Notes under the pieces: generated by a model | The model's database searches: none | Told to the model about the DNA's origin: nothing | What the model saw: the letters and a program-made list of their open reading frames with translations, nothing else | NCBI GenBank assembly: GCA_030141605.1 | Contig: JAQGDQ010001337.1 | Coordinates: 1-46,320 of the forward strand | Source of the DNA: Tubiluchus corallicola | Lineage: Eukaryota; Animalia; Priapulida | Length of the DNA: 46,320 bases | Direction of reading: 5' to 3' | Made by a program: the position numbers and the translations under genes | Part shown: positions 25,966-37,257 of the stretch, one piece after another | Layout: each line of letters starts with the position of its first letter | Numbering within the stretch: the stretch's first letter is position 1

Positions 25966-27138
25966 TGGATTGTGTTTCTATTCAGACAGAAATCTCGAGA
26001 GGAATTCAGTTTCTTCAATTACATTTTATGGGACTTGAAAGAGGACTAGAAGTGTGCAGTTTGCAGCATATCCTACTTTCATTACTCTCTTGCTTTATTA
26101 GCCAAATTATGAGATATCCTGTCCATGTTGTCTGTGGCTGCTGCTTGCTGTTGTAATAGTGTGCATAAAATTGTTGTTGCATATTTTCACGAAACAGTTA
26201 AATGGCTAGAGGGTGATATAATTATGTAGCGTTAATTACTACTACAAATTTTTATTAAAATACCTTGTACGCTTGTGTTTTTGTAATAATTTTGAAAACT
26301 TTGTTACAGTAAAATTGTGTATAAACTTAGTTTTGTAAGTACTGTAGTAGTGTTTTTTTATAAAAATTATTTGAGAATGCTTACTTTGTAGTATTTAAAT
26401 GAATGAAAGATACAGCTGGCTTTGCATTTAGTTTTAAATATATAACGTTGTTGTAATGTTACGTGACAGCTTAGCATTATATTGTCTGCAATAAAAAAGT
26501 ATGCTGTTTAATATATAGATATATTATAGAAGCTAAAAATTAACTGCTGTGTAGTATTATAATGTATTATTTAAATACTGTATTGTAAGCATAATATAAG
26601 ATGTGTGTGCAAAAGCCCTAGCTGTGGTAATGTACTGTGAAATGAATATTTAATTCTTTATGTATGCTTTTTAGATCTTTCACAGTTGTGTAAGAGATAC
26701 TGTGTAATAAACATATTACAAGAAATCATGGATACAAAATGTACTGAGTCAAGCACTGTTCACGTCACACTGTATTTTTCAACGACAAACGGTGAAGTGA
26801 TGAGATTACAAACATATGCAGCATCAAATTTTTTTATGAAATTAGATGTTGTGAATTTTTTGACAATCATGATGGCCTTGCACATTTAATGATAACTATG
26901 AGAATGGAGTGGTGATAAGGAAACAGCCATTACAGTATCCAATATCAGTGAAGATTCTATATGCACCTCCTGAGGATGTCAGTCTGGGCTATAATTTATG
27001 ATCGTTTTGCAGATTATACATCTCACAATCACAGCCATTTTGTTTTGTAAGATTGCTATTGAATCTGCCAGCTAAAATATTGCCCGGCCGATCTAACAAA
27101 TTTCACTTCACAATGTTCACGTGAAGTTCGCATTCAAC

Positions 27139-27690
27139 ATTATTTATTTATTTATTATTATTATCACATTCAGTACATATAATGACATTAAGCACACAGT
27201 GACATCAAAATTATTACATCTACTGTATTAAATTGTTATGTTTCATACACTATCCTTATCATAAAAGAATAATTGTACTGCAGTGGGGCTAGAGAAGCAA
27301 AGGCTTGTATAAGCCCACTGTCATATGAACCTGATAAAAAAAGAATGGATGAGTGAACAAAAAAAAAAGAACTGGGAGAAAGGTTAGATCACGCAGGAAG
27401 GGTAGAAGGATGTGTTAGTGGAAATGGTAGGAAGAAAGATAATAGATTGCGCTATGTTGACATCAGCTCTAAAGATTTATCAATGATGCGTTGTTTTGCA
27501 TAATCTGTACCAGAATTGTGGTATGGCTGCTACAGTAGGTGTGGGAAATTAGGAAGTGTTGTACTTGTTGAGAATCATTGCTCTGTATTTCTTTTTAAAT
27601 TTTTGAATTGGCTGAACAGTTTTTAATTCATCATTTATGTCATTCCAAAGCCTTGGACCAACATTTGCAATGAAATGCCAACAGTATCAA
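27139..27690 (-). mobile_element. LINE 3' fragment
   Basis: Minus strand translates FIANVGPRLWNDINDELKTVQPIQKFKKKYRAMILNKY. A 3' stem-loop (gtggg...cccac) and an (aata)n tail follow. Confidence 0.7.
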
Positions 27691-27890
27691 CATTCCTCTG
27701 CACATCCAACGATTAATTGAGTTAATTTAGCCGAGACAAAATCATAATGCAACTGGAGAAAATTAGTAACAAAAGCAATACTTATTTGCTGCACATACAC
27801 GTATTTTTAGTATTGCTTTTAACAAAACCATGCAACACCTGTGCCCGTCTGGCTAATGCAAAGATGACTGAATCATACTGTCAAAGACCA

Positions 27891-28680
27891 TTTTCTAAGC
27901 ATGTGTGCACCAGGCAAAAACGCATTAGTATTAATTTGTTATGCCATCAGTATAGATAGTAATGTTTTCTGCAGCAATTTGGTGGAGCTGTTTGTAACTC
28001 ATTCGTTTAACGTCTGTAAGGCTATCTATAAGTATGACATCGTAGCGCCATCTGTTAGTCATAAAAGGAAACTGTAACGCAGTCTATGGAATGAACAGGT
28101 CACACGCATGTTGTATTGTTTAACAACTAATAAAAGAGGGTTTTCTAACATTAAAAACATACAGTTACCTCAGCAAAGCAACATGAATTATGATCAGAAC
28201 ATTCTACCTAGCGGCAATACATATACAAACCAGTGCTGGCAAACTCTAATCGTAGCATGTATGATCAAATTTTCAACATTGCAATGTCAATATGAAAATA
28301 AGAATTTTAAAATTGGACACCTAAAATGTAGCGTCACTCAAACTTTGGCGCCCTAGGCTATAGCCGAGTTAGCTTATTGATTAATACGCCCCTGTGCAGC
28401 CTAAAAGAAGTGAGCAATTTGACATAAAACAAATTAAACTGGCATCACAGCACATTTTAACGAAATACCAGACATGCTAAAGACCGAAACCCTCGATTTA
28501 ACAAAGAAGTTTGCTTCATAGCTCTTGCCCCATTCTGTATACAAAAGTAACAGTCAAGAAAGAAGCTCTTCAGTGTGGATAAGACAATAATGTACATGTG
28601 CTAATATACAACCTAGCTAAAGGTCGTCTCTTATCTACAGTATCACAAGTTTCACAACTACATGCTATACTTCATAAACA
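27891..28680 (+). pseudogene. Internally deleted relic paralog of the downstream GPCR
   Basis: 27891-27997 matches the GPCR upstream flank (29643-29740). 28182-28293 matches the CDS start (MIKFSTLQCQ vs MFKFSTLQCQ) with frameshifts. 28409-28675 matches the 3' flank (33440-33715). Confidence 0.8.
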
Positions 28681-28814
28681 CTTTAGGACAGATTATGAAA
28701 ATAAATAGTTGAAAACTGTAAGCTTTTCACAGCATCCAAATGAACTATAAAACAGTGTCTATGTAGTACGTACAAAATATGTCATTTGGTAAATGAATAT
28801 ATACACATATATAT

Positions 28815-28933
28815 AACTACGGCCAAATCACGTTGAAAACACCGGTTCTCGTCTGATCACCTAAGTTAAGCAACTTAGAGCCTGGTTAGTGCTTGGATGG
28901 GTGACCGCCTAGGAATACCAGATGCTGTATGTT
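28815..28933 (+). rRNA. 5S rRNA-derived sequence (SINE head, probably not a functional rDNA unit)
   Basis: Full-length 5S-like sequence ctacggcc...ccggttctcgtctgatcacc...agttaagc...ggttagtgcttggatgggtgaccgcct...gaatacc...tgctgta. It is isolated and has no TTTT terminator. Confidence 0.85.
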
Positions 28934-29293
28934 TGCGGGATGCCCACACTGTATCTCGACACTAGGTGAAGGAGCTGTACAAGCAGCCAATGGCTAGAGG
29001 GCGGAGGAGGTCAAGTGACCCAACGGCCATGTGTAGAGAAGTAAACCTTCCAAATCAGGAGTGGAGTCTCGAATGCGGATCAGTGCAGCATGCTCACTGA
29101 CTCCGGCAGCTCCTGCAGCCAACCTGGTGCCAAACGTATCGCTCCGCTTTCCTTTGGACTACACCAGGGAGGAACAGAGGGGGTTCCTGCGGTCTGGGCA
29201 ATTCAGGATCTCCATACACCTTTCCCAGGGATCGGACTCTCTTGGCGCACATTCCATTGTCTTCCGAGACAGAAGGATGCCAACAACAACAAC
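28815..29293 (+). mobile_element. 5S-derived SINE (SINE3 type) with an RTE-like body/tail and (CAA)n end
   Basis: The 5S head is fused to about 350 bp of GC-rich body ending ccattgtcttccgagacagaaggatgc(caa)n. A TSD-like acatatata flanks both sides. Confidence 0.75.
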
Positions 29294-29767
29294 ACATATA
29301 TAGCTTGAACTTGTAATTTTACTTAATAAAACCATAATAGGATAATGCAGAAATTGCTGAATAAACAGTCACCATAGATTCGTAACATAACCTGATAATT
29401 TATCACAGCTACTGTTAAAATAAAAGCCTACACATCGACCAGCTAATGCACCTGAGATAAAAATTGATAACTGAAATAATGACAAAATGGACCACCGTAT
29501 TCAGTAACTGCAGCTGCGCAAAATTTTAGCGAATTTGGTTAAAATATCGTTTGATTAATTTTTAATACGAATATGTGCGCATTCGTGCTAAATGTGCTCA
29601 TTGTTGCTCGCTGACAATGACTCGCATTGTAAACGACCATCATTTTCTAATCATGCATTAGCCAAAAACGCATTAGTATTAAATTGCTGTCATCATTATA
29701 GTAGCAGCATTTTCTCCGACAGTTTAGAGGAATTGTCTAACAAGAGGAAAGTTGTGCTACATTAACT

Positions 29768-31606
29768 GTGTGCATTGTACTTTAGTAAAGACATGGAGGA
29801 TGAAATATACTTAGTATTCTAGTGTGCATTGTACTTTAGTAAAGAACATGGAAGATCATCAAATATACTTAGTATTCTAGTGTGCATTGTACTTTAGTAA
29901 AGAACATGGAGGATGATCAAATATACTTAGCATTCTAGTGTGCATTGTACTTTAGTAAAGCACACGGAGGATGATCAAATATACTTAGTATTCTAGTGTG
30001 CATTGTACTTTAGTAAAGAACATGGAGGATGATCAAATATACTTAGCATTCTAGTGTGCATTGTACTTTAGTCAAGAACATGGAGGATGATCAAATATAC
30101 TTAGTATTCTAGTGTGCATTGTACTTTAGTAAAGAACACGGAGGATGATCAAATATACTTAGCATTCTAGTGTGCATTGTACTTTAGTAAAGCACACGGA
30201 GGATGATCAAATATACTTAGTATTCTAGTGTGCATTGTACTTTAGTAAAGAACATGGAGGATGATCAAATATACTTAGCATTCTAGTGTGCATTGTACTT
30301 TAGTAAAGAACACGGAGGATGATCAAATATACTTAGCATTCTAGTGTGCATTGTACTTTAGTAAAGAACATGGAGGATGATCAAATATACTTAGCATTCT
30401 AGTGTGCATTGTACTTTAGTAAAGCACACGGAGGATGATCAAATATACTTAGCATTCTAGTGTGCATTGTACTTTAGTAAAGAACACGGAGGATGATCAA
30501 ATATACTTAGCATTCTAGTGTGCATTGTACTTTAGTAAAGCACACGGAGGATGATCAAATATACTTAGTATTCTAGTGTGCATTGTACTTTAGTAAAGAA
30601 CATGGAGGATGATCAAATATACTTAGCATTCTAGTGTGCATTGTACTTTAGTAAAGAACACGGAGGATGATCAAATATACTTAGTATTCTAGTGTGCATT
30701 GTACTTTAGTCAAGAACATGGAGGATGATCAAATATACTTAGTATTCTAGTGTGCAATGTACTTTAGTAAAGAACACGGAGGATGATCAAATACACTTAG
30801 TATTCTAGTGTACATTGTACTTTAGTAAAGCACACGGAGGATGATCAAATATACTTAGTATTCTAGTGTGCATTGTACTTTAGTAAAGAACATGGAGGAT
30901 GATCAAATATACTTAGCATTCTAGTGTGCATTGTACTTTAGTCAAGAACATGGAGGATGATCAAATATACTTAGTATTCTAGTGTGCATTGTACTTTAGT
31001 AAAGACACGGAGGATGATCAAATATACTTAGCATTCTAATGTGCATTGTACTTTAGTAAAGAACACGGAGGATGATCAAATATACTTAGTATTCTAGTGT
31101 GCATTGTACTTCAGTAAAGAACATGGAGGATGATCAAATATACTTAGCATTCTAGTGTGCATTGTACTTTAGTCAAGAACATGGAGGATGATCAAATATA
31201 CTTAGCATTCTAATGTGCATTGTACTTTAGTAAAGAGCACGGAGGATGATCAAATATACTTAGTATTCTAGCGTGCATTGTACTTTAGTAAAGAACATGG
31301 AGGATGATCAAATATACTTAGCATTCTAATGTGCATTGTACTTTAGTAAAGAACACGGAGGATGATCAAATATACTTAGTATTCTAGTGTGCATTGTACT
31401 TCAGTAAAGAACATGGAGGATGATCAAATATACTTAGCATTCTAGTGTGCAATGTACTTTAGTAAAGAGCATGGAGGATGATCAAATATACTTAGCATTC
31501 TAGTGTGCATTGTACTTTAGTAAAGAACATGGAGGATGATCAAATATACTTAGCATTCTAGTGTGCATTGTACTTTAGTAAAGAACACGGAGGATGATCA
31601 AATATA
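29768..31606 (+). repeat. 58-bp minisatellite (32 units) derived from the GPCR start region
   Basis: Unit agtgtgcattgtactttagtaaagaacaYggaggatgatcaaatatacttagYattct is essentially identical to 32076-32133, which contains the GPCR ATG. Confidence 0.97.
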
Positions 31607-32061
31607 CCGTATTTTCCCGTGTATAAGAGACCCTTGTGTATAAGAGACCCCTTCAATTTTTAGGCAAAAATTCTGGAAAAAAGTTTTTTCAGACGGACAT
31701 TTTTAGAGGGTAAAGTACAACTTTTTTCAACTCAGTGCGGTACTGAAAACAAAATAAAACCAGTTAATGTGTTGTAGAAAAAGAGTACTGGTATATATTA
31801 AAGTGCGTACCTGCAAACCTGTAACAGGAAAAGAGAAAACGAGGAGATAATGCCTGTGTCACGATGCTTGTATTGCTTACAACCGCTTCATAGTCGAACG
31901 CGACACGCAAAACAGTTGTAGAGCACTTATTTCTTTAAAATCATTAGTGTCACAATTTATGCATCTTATTGAAAAGACTTACTCCCATGTATAAGAGACC
32001 CCCTATTTTTAAAGTGAAAATTCTGAGCAAAAAAGGGTCTCTTATACACGGGAAAATACGG
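31607..32061. mobile_element. pogo/Tc2-like MITE, 455 bp, inserted in the last repeat unit
   Basis: Perfect 29-bp TIR ccgtattttcccgtgtataagagaccctt with a TA duplication. Removing it restores the unit ...caaatata|cttagtattct. Confidence 0.92.
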
Positions 32062-32101
32062 TACTTAGTATTCTAGTGTGCATTGTACTTTAGTAAAGAC
32101 A

Positions 32102-33121
32102 ATGGAGGATGATCAAATATACTTAGCATTCTACATAACGGCCGCAATTATTGGAACCACTGCAGTACTGGCAAACACTCTGGTCATTGTGTCAATGTTC
32201 AAATTTTCGACACTGCAATGTCAGCACAATTACATAATCGGCTCTCTCGCTATGGCCGATCTTCTCTATGGACTGGTAACTGTATACGGATCTCTGGCTT
32301 GCGTCTTCGACACATACTGCTATTCAACGATCACAGTCACGTTGGACTTCTACCTTTCAACGTGCAGTTTATACAACATGTGTGCAGTAGCAATAGAACG
32401 CTACATCGCTGTCATGCGGCCACTTCGTTATTTGCAAGTATTTACAACAACTACTACCGTATATTTAATTGTGATCACCTGGCTTGTCAGTGCAGCGCAA
32501 CCATTAATAACAGCAATAGCAAAGGACGGTAATGAAACCATACTACTAAGTTTAGCAGAAGGTGGAGTGTCTTCACGTTTTCTAATACTCACTCTAATGT
32601 GTCACCTTTTACCTGTAATAGCTATTTTACTTGCGTACGCTAAGATCTGGAGGGTGGCAAAAAAACAACTTAGTCGTATAAAGGCTGAACAGGGAGCCAT
32701 GGAACTTACACTGCAACAAGGTTTGCGGGGTGAAGTGAACGCAACTGCTCCAGAAGACAAAGCAACAACAGCTCCAGAAGACAAAGCAACAACAGGTCCA
32801 GAAGACAAAGCAACAACAGCTCCAGAAGACAAAGCAACAACAGCTCCAGAAGACAAAGCGACAACAGGTCCAGAAGACAAAGCGACTGCAACTATCGGAA
32901 TTCTGCTGCTCTGTCTTGCAGTATCGTGGATACTTTATACGGCACTTATCGTAGAACAATATGTCTGCAATTGCTCCACATTGTGGCTGTGGATTGTAAG
33001 CATGCTGACAATGTACCTGAATTCTACACTCAATCCCGCAATTTACGCTTGGAAAAACAGTAAGTTCAGGAAGGCCTTTTATTCGGTGTTAACGTGTTCA
33101 AAAAACCAACAAGTTTTGTGA
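32102..33121 (+). CDS. Single-exon class A (rhodopsin-like) GPCR, amine-receptor-like, 339 aa
   Basis: Seven hydrophobic segments with LANTLVI, SLAMADL, AIERY, TM4 Trp, TM5 Pro, NSTLNPAIY and helix 8 FRKAF. An Asp lies 18 residues before R3.50 (D3.32). Confidence 0.92.
   Translation: MEDDQIYLAFYITAAIIGTTAVLANTLVIVSMFKFSTLQCQHNYIIGSLAMADLLYGLVTVYGSLACVFDTYCYSTITVTLDFYLSTCSLYNMCAVAIERYIAVMRPLRYLQVFTTTTTVYLIVITWLVSAAQPLITAIAKDGNETILLSLAEGGVSSRFLILTLMCHLLPVIAILLAYAKIWRVAKKQLSRIKAEQGAMELTLQQGLRGEVNATAPEDKATTAPEDKATTGPEDKATTAPEDKATTAPEDKATTGPEDKATATIGILLLCLAVSWILYTALIVEQYVCNCSTLWLWIVSMLTMYLNSTLNPAIYAWKNSKFRKAFYSVLTCSKNQQVL
32744..32889 (+). repeat. 24-bp in-frame coding repeat in intracellular loop 3, 6 copies of T(A/G)PEDKAT
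   Basis: Unit acagStccagaagacaaagcaaca. Confidence 0.95.
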
Positions 33122-33230
33122 CTTGACAGGTACCGACGTTCTGGAGTACAAACCACTTTATACCACCTACTTTGGGACTGCAAAATTTGGCATTATAGCG
33201 TGGTTGGGATTATAATGAGGTGCATTAATA

Positions 33231-33375
33231 CATACGTGTCTATGCGAATATGGACATTTTGTTTTGCTAAAAATTTAGGCATTAAGCGAGTTTGGCATTA
33301 TTACATACGTGTTTATGCAAATATAGGCGTTTTGTTTTGCTAAAAATTTGGGCGTTAAGCGAGTTTGGCATTATA
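33231..33375. repeat. Tandem duplication of about 72 bp, possibly within a decayed MITE
   Basis: catacgtgtYtatgcRaatat...ttttgttttgctaaaaattt...taagcgagtttggcattat occurs twice. Confidence 0.75.
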
Positions 33376-33819
33376 AAATGTGGCGTATTATCAAGGTTTG
33401 ATAGCACATGCAGCAAACAACATCGAGCAAAGTGAAACAGTGAGCAATCTGAAATATGAAATGCTAATTAAAAAAACTAACACCATAACGAGGTGTTTTG
33501 AACATCAGAAATAACACCAGACATGCTAAACATTCAATCTCTCATTTTAATAAAATTGAATTTTGTTTCAACGATTTCTTCCCATTCGGCATGCTAAGTA
33601 AAATCAATAAAGTTCTTTAACGATAAGAGAGGCGTATCAATAAACTAGCCAGCTGAGATACTTATATTTATTTATTAGCAATATCACTAATACATTAACA
33701 AGCTATACTTCATATTTTTTATCAACTAACAATAACCAATATTCTAAATTTCTAATATGTGTAAAAGCTATACTTCACATTTTATTACAACTAACTATAA
33801 GTAATCTTCTACATACATA

Positions 33820-34312
33820 CAGCGGCGGATTATGATTTTATGGGCCTTAGGCTTGAGCTCGGAACGGGCCTTTTAAATGTTGCTACACTGCTGAGCTGAT
33901 GTGTTTTTGTGGAGCTCTCGACGTTTGTAAAGGATGCCAATATAAACAATTTATCACTGATGCATATTGAGTCAGATATGTTGAAAAGAATGGACTTTTC
34001 AGAAATTATAACTGACTTTGTGCCCAGAAAAATTCGGAAACTGAAATTTTGAACTTAAACTTAAACTGTGTAAACGTGAATTGTGTAAACTTGATTTGTG
34101 TAAACTTGATTTGTGTAAACCCGATTTGAAATATAGTGACTGACTTTTGAAAAAAAAATTTTTCCTATATTTTATTTTGGCGGGCCCCTTGCTCTTTTGT
34201 CAATTTAATTTTTTTACAACAAAAAAATTTTTTTCGTTTTATTTTGCCGGGCCCCTTTTGATCCCGGGCCTTAGGCTTCAGCCTATTCAGCCTATAGGGC
34301 TATCCGCTACAG
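33820..34312 (+). mobile_element. Non-autonomous hAT element retaining the transposase C-terminus
   Basis: Ends cagcggcggat / atccgctacag with an imperfect 8-bp TSD (catacata / catgtata). Internal frame NNLSLMHIESDMLKRMDFSEIITDFVPRKIRK resembles the hAT C-terminal dimerisation region. Confidence 0.75.
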
Positions 34313-34758
34313 CATGTATAATCCTTTCACTTGAAAGACTGTTACTACACGTATGTAGTATAAGTGATTTCAGTCCTGATTTACGTAGCTTCTAACAGAC
34401 TAACGTATTAGTAACCATTTTTAAATCATAAGTTCTTTCATGATTTTTTACATGAACTACAAAACACATCTATGTATTATATCTGTGAAAAAAATATCAC
34501 CTGGTAAATAAATAACGTATGCATATACACAACTAACAAAATTATGTTGTGAGTCTAAGTAAAAACTGACACTTTGCTCAAAATCCAGAAGCCTTTCTTC
34601 AATAATGAAAAATGAGTATGTCAGAGTTATGCATCTGTTTTGCATACACAATGAAAATTGCAGGGATGACAATGACAAATTGCAAAAAACTCTGAAACAG
34701 GCCGGGGGTTTGGGGGGCACGTAGGCCCCCCATGCGGGTTCAAGGAGCCCCTTGGAGC

Positions 34759-35157
34759 CAGCAACAAATTGCAATTTTGTGACCATCCATAGAGAACCTC
34801 TAAGTGGACTTAAAATATCAGTTACCTTGTTTCATGCATAATTTAAAATACCCAACTATCAAGGATACATGATACCTAATTGTCTCAAAAACACCTCAGT
34901 ACTGGCTGCTCCTATGCAAAAATATATAAAAACTGTCTGCATTTGACTCAAATAACTCCGCACAAATGATTCTATATTTTTATACATAGAGATCTACACG
35001 TGGTTACACTGATGTACGTGATGTAAACAAACTGACGGCCTGCCAACTAGCGGTCAGTTTGTGAAATAATGTTCTGCGTCCGTAAAAATTTCTCAACGAA
35101 TTTACACGATTTACAAAAATGGCACTAAATTCCACTTATCCGCGGAAAATTCCCATC
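34759..35157. repeat. Direct repeat block A (copy at 41099-41497)
   Basis: About 400 bp of high identity starting cagcaacaaattgcaattttgtgac. Confidence 0.9.
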
Positions 35158-35445
35158 CCCGAAATTCTTTTCGATGAATGTTGAGCTCAGAAACAATAAC
35201 TAACACAGCAATTCGTACCACGTAACCATGTCTGTACAGAAGGAACTTATTCTAACTACACCAAATTGTCACATTGTCATCCTTTTAAATCATGCACGGT
35301 GCTGCCATCTTCAAGTATTTTTGTTGAAAGCGTCAAATATTGCTCTTTACCGTTTTTAATTTCACTGGCTTCTACAGCCAACATCTATGAATAACCTTCA
35401 ACCTGTTTTCACGCTTGAGCTGATCTCACCTGTGATTTTTCTCAC

Positions 35446-35490
35446 CTGCTTCCTGACTTTGATCATCATATTCCTTCTGAACAGAATTTG
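35446..35490 (-). CDS. Unknown charged protein, exon g (NSVQKEYDDQSQEA)
   Basis: Acceptor acacag, donor ag|gtgaga; phase 1 to 1, compatible with exon f. Confidence 0.5.
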
Positions 35491-35513
35491 CTGTGTAATA
35501 GAATCTTTATACT

Positions 35514-36150
35514 ACATTTGTGCGCTTGTAAACCAAAGCCGTCCACAAGTCGGCACAGTTAAAACTACGTTATGATGCTTTAAAGTACCAAAATTCTGGT
35601 CTAATGTTAATTTTTTGTTTTTTATAAAAACAAATGCTAAATATAGTGTACTTTTATATTCTACATAAAATTATCAAGAAAATGTCCAAAAAATGTTAAA
35701 AATCTAATTTTATAACCCGGTGCACATTTTTCATGCTAGAAACTAGTAATGCATTTGCAAAAAGCTTGTTATTTCAAACTCTGATAGTAGATCATGGAAG
35801 CAATCATTTTCCTTCAGTTTTTTTCTATTGACAAGCCCAAATCTTTGTCAGGAAGAGCCATCTACTGGATTTAAACATAACTTCAATGTGCTCTTGCAAA
35901 GTCCATAGCAACCACACTTTCGTGTGGTTGCTACGTGTTTTGTAGAGACGCGATAAAAAACAATGGCTGACTTTAACAGCAATTTTCTCAAGATTATGTT
36001 TTTCAGTGCATGGCCTGCACCTCAACTTCAACGTGGATTATCTCAGCTTAAAAATAACATAGAGTGATGAACTTGGTATCAAAATGATTCCCATGAAATG
36101 GAGATTCAGGGTATGTGAATAACTAGAAAAACTTAATTGCTGACTTGTGT
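35514..36150. repeat. Direct repeat block B (copy at 41968-42590)
   Basis: Shared segments aaaactacgttatgatg, ctagaaactagtaatgca, gagccatctactggatttaaacataacttc and gagtgatgaacttggtatcaaaat. Confidence 0.85.
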
Positions 36151-37139
36151 ACAATTTTGCTACGGAAGCAGACATTTAGTTTTTTGGTTTCTTCAAGCCA
36201 ATGAGTGTAACAAAAAACACTTGTTCTCTATATGTCTAATGTTATCACAGGTTAAAGCACAGGAAAACCCTTCATCAAGCTTAAAAAATTCGATTTGAAA
36301 TTTTATATCGCTTACGTACTGCTTTTTTACATACAGGACTTTAATCGGCAGTCACGCTGTATAAAACATGTAAATTTAAACTCCCGTGATGACCGCTAGG
36401 CGCAGCCATTTTCACGACAGGTCATTTGAAACAAGTTTAGATAACATTTTGTAAAGTTTGTAAAAATAATCAGAGCATTCGTAGCGCACAAGTCTCTGAC
36501 TAAATAAAATTTAAAATTACTGTATCTTGTCAATAAGATTAAAAATACGTTTTTTGGTTAGTGAGTGGTGCACCCTGGAGGGTTGAGTCAGCGACATTTC
36601 ACCAATTGGTGAAAACATTTTAAATAATTAATAATTTTCTTTTCTAGTTACATAAGTCTTTCTAGCAGGTAAGCCAAAATCTAAGTAATATAGGTTTGCA
36701 CGGAAAGTCTTTTGAGACATAATTTAACATTGCTTTTTCTTCCCTTCATTTACGTTTGGTACATGACGTCATGTAATGGCGACTTCGGAACAGTATTGCG
36801 GGAGATTTAAAATGAAAACAAACTAAAATTCCTTTCAACGCGAGTAAGATATACGCATAAAATTGCTAAAAAGTAATATGATTTTTTAAGGCGGTTTTTC
36901 TGAAACCTACTTCTCTTTTCTTATCCTTTAATAAACGGTTATTCAAGTGTTCCAAAATGCAGCTTCATATGAAGTGCTACTATCTTGTCATATTAAGAAA
37001 TTTCACAGCAGCACGCAAGAAGCCTACAGGCACAAATATTGGGAATCTTTTGCAAAAAAAATGTTGATAGATTTGCATAAAATAAACTTGACTAGGAGAT
37101 GACTATTACTACATTACTTTTAGCTAACATCATTTAAAC

Positions 37140-37257
37140 CGCTGTCACGTTTCCGCCTTTTCTCTCTCTGCAGTTTCAGCAAGGATAAGGAGCTGCTTGG
37201 CTTTGATGACTCTTTCCTCTCTTTCAACAACTGCATTCTCGATGATGGCGTCCGTTG
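37140..37257 (-). CDS. Unknown charged protein, exon f (QRTPSSRMQLLKERKESSKPSSSLSLLKLQREKRRKRDS)
   Basis: Acceptor ttttag; open in phase 0; donor gcg|gtttaa is weak. Confidence 0.6.

Noticed and set aside
28815-28933. Functional 5S rDNA gene
   Set aside because: Single copy, substitutions in conserved stems, no T4 terminator, and fused to a retroposon-like body and tail.
28905-29000. HDV-like ribozyme at the 5S/body junction, as known for some RTE 5' ends
   Set aside because: P1 (gcctag/ctaggt), P3 and P4 candidates can be drawn, but I could not place a P2 helix adjacent to P3. It needs a covariance or RNArobo search.
29768-31606. CRISPR-like array
   Set aside because: Units are head-to-tail with no unique spacers, there are no cas genes, and the context is eukaryotic.
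32078-32101. ORF-track GPCR start MHCTLVKT
   Set aside because: It begins at GTG within the repeat unit; the first ATG in good context is 32102.
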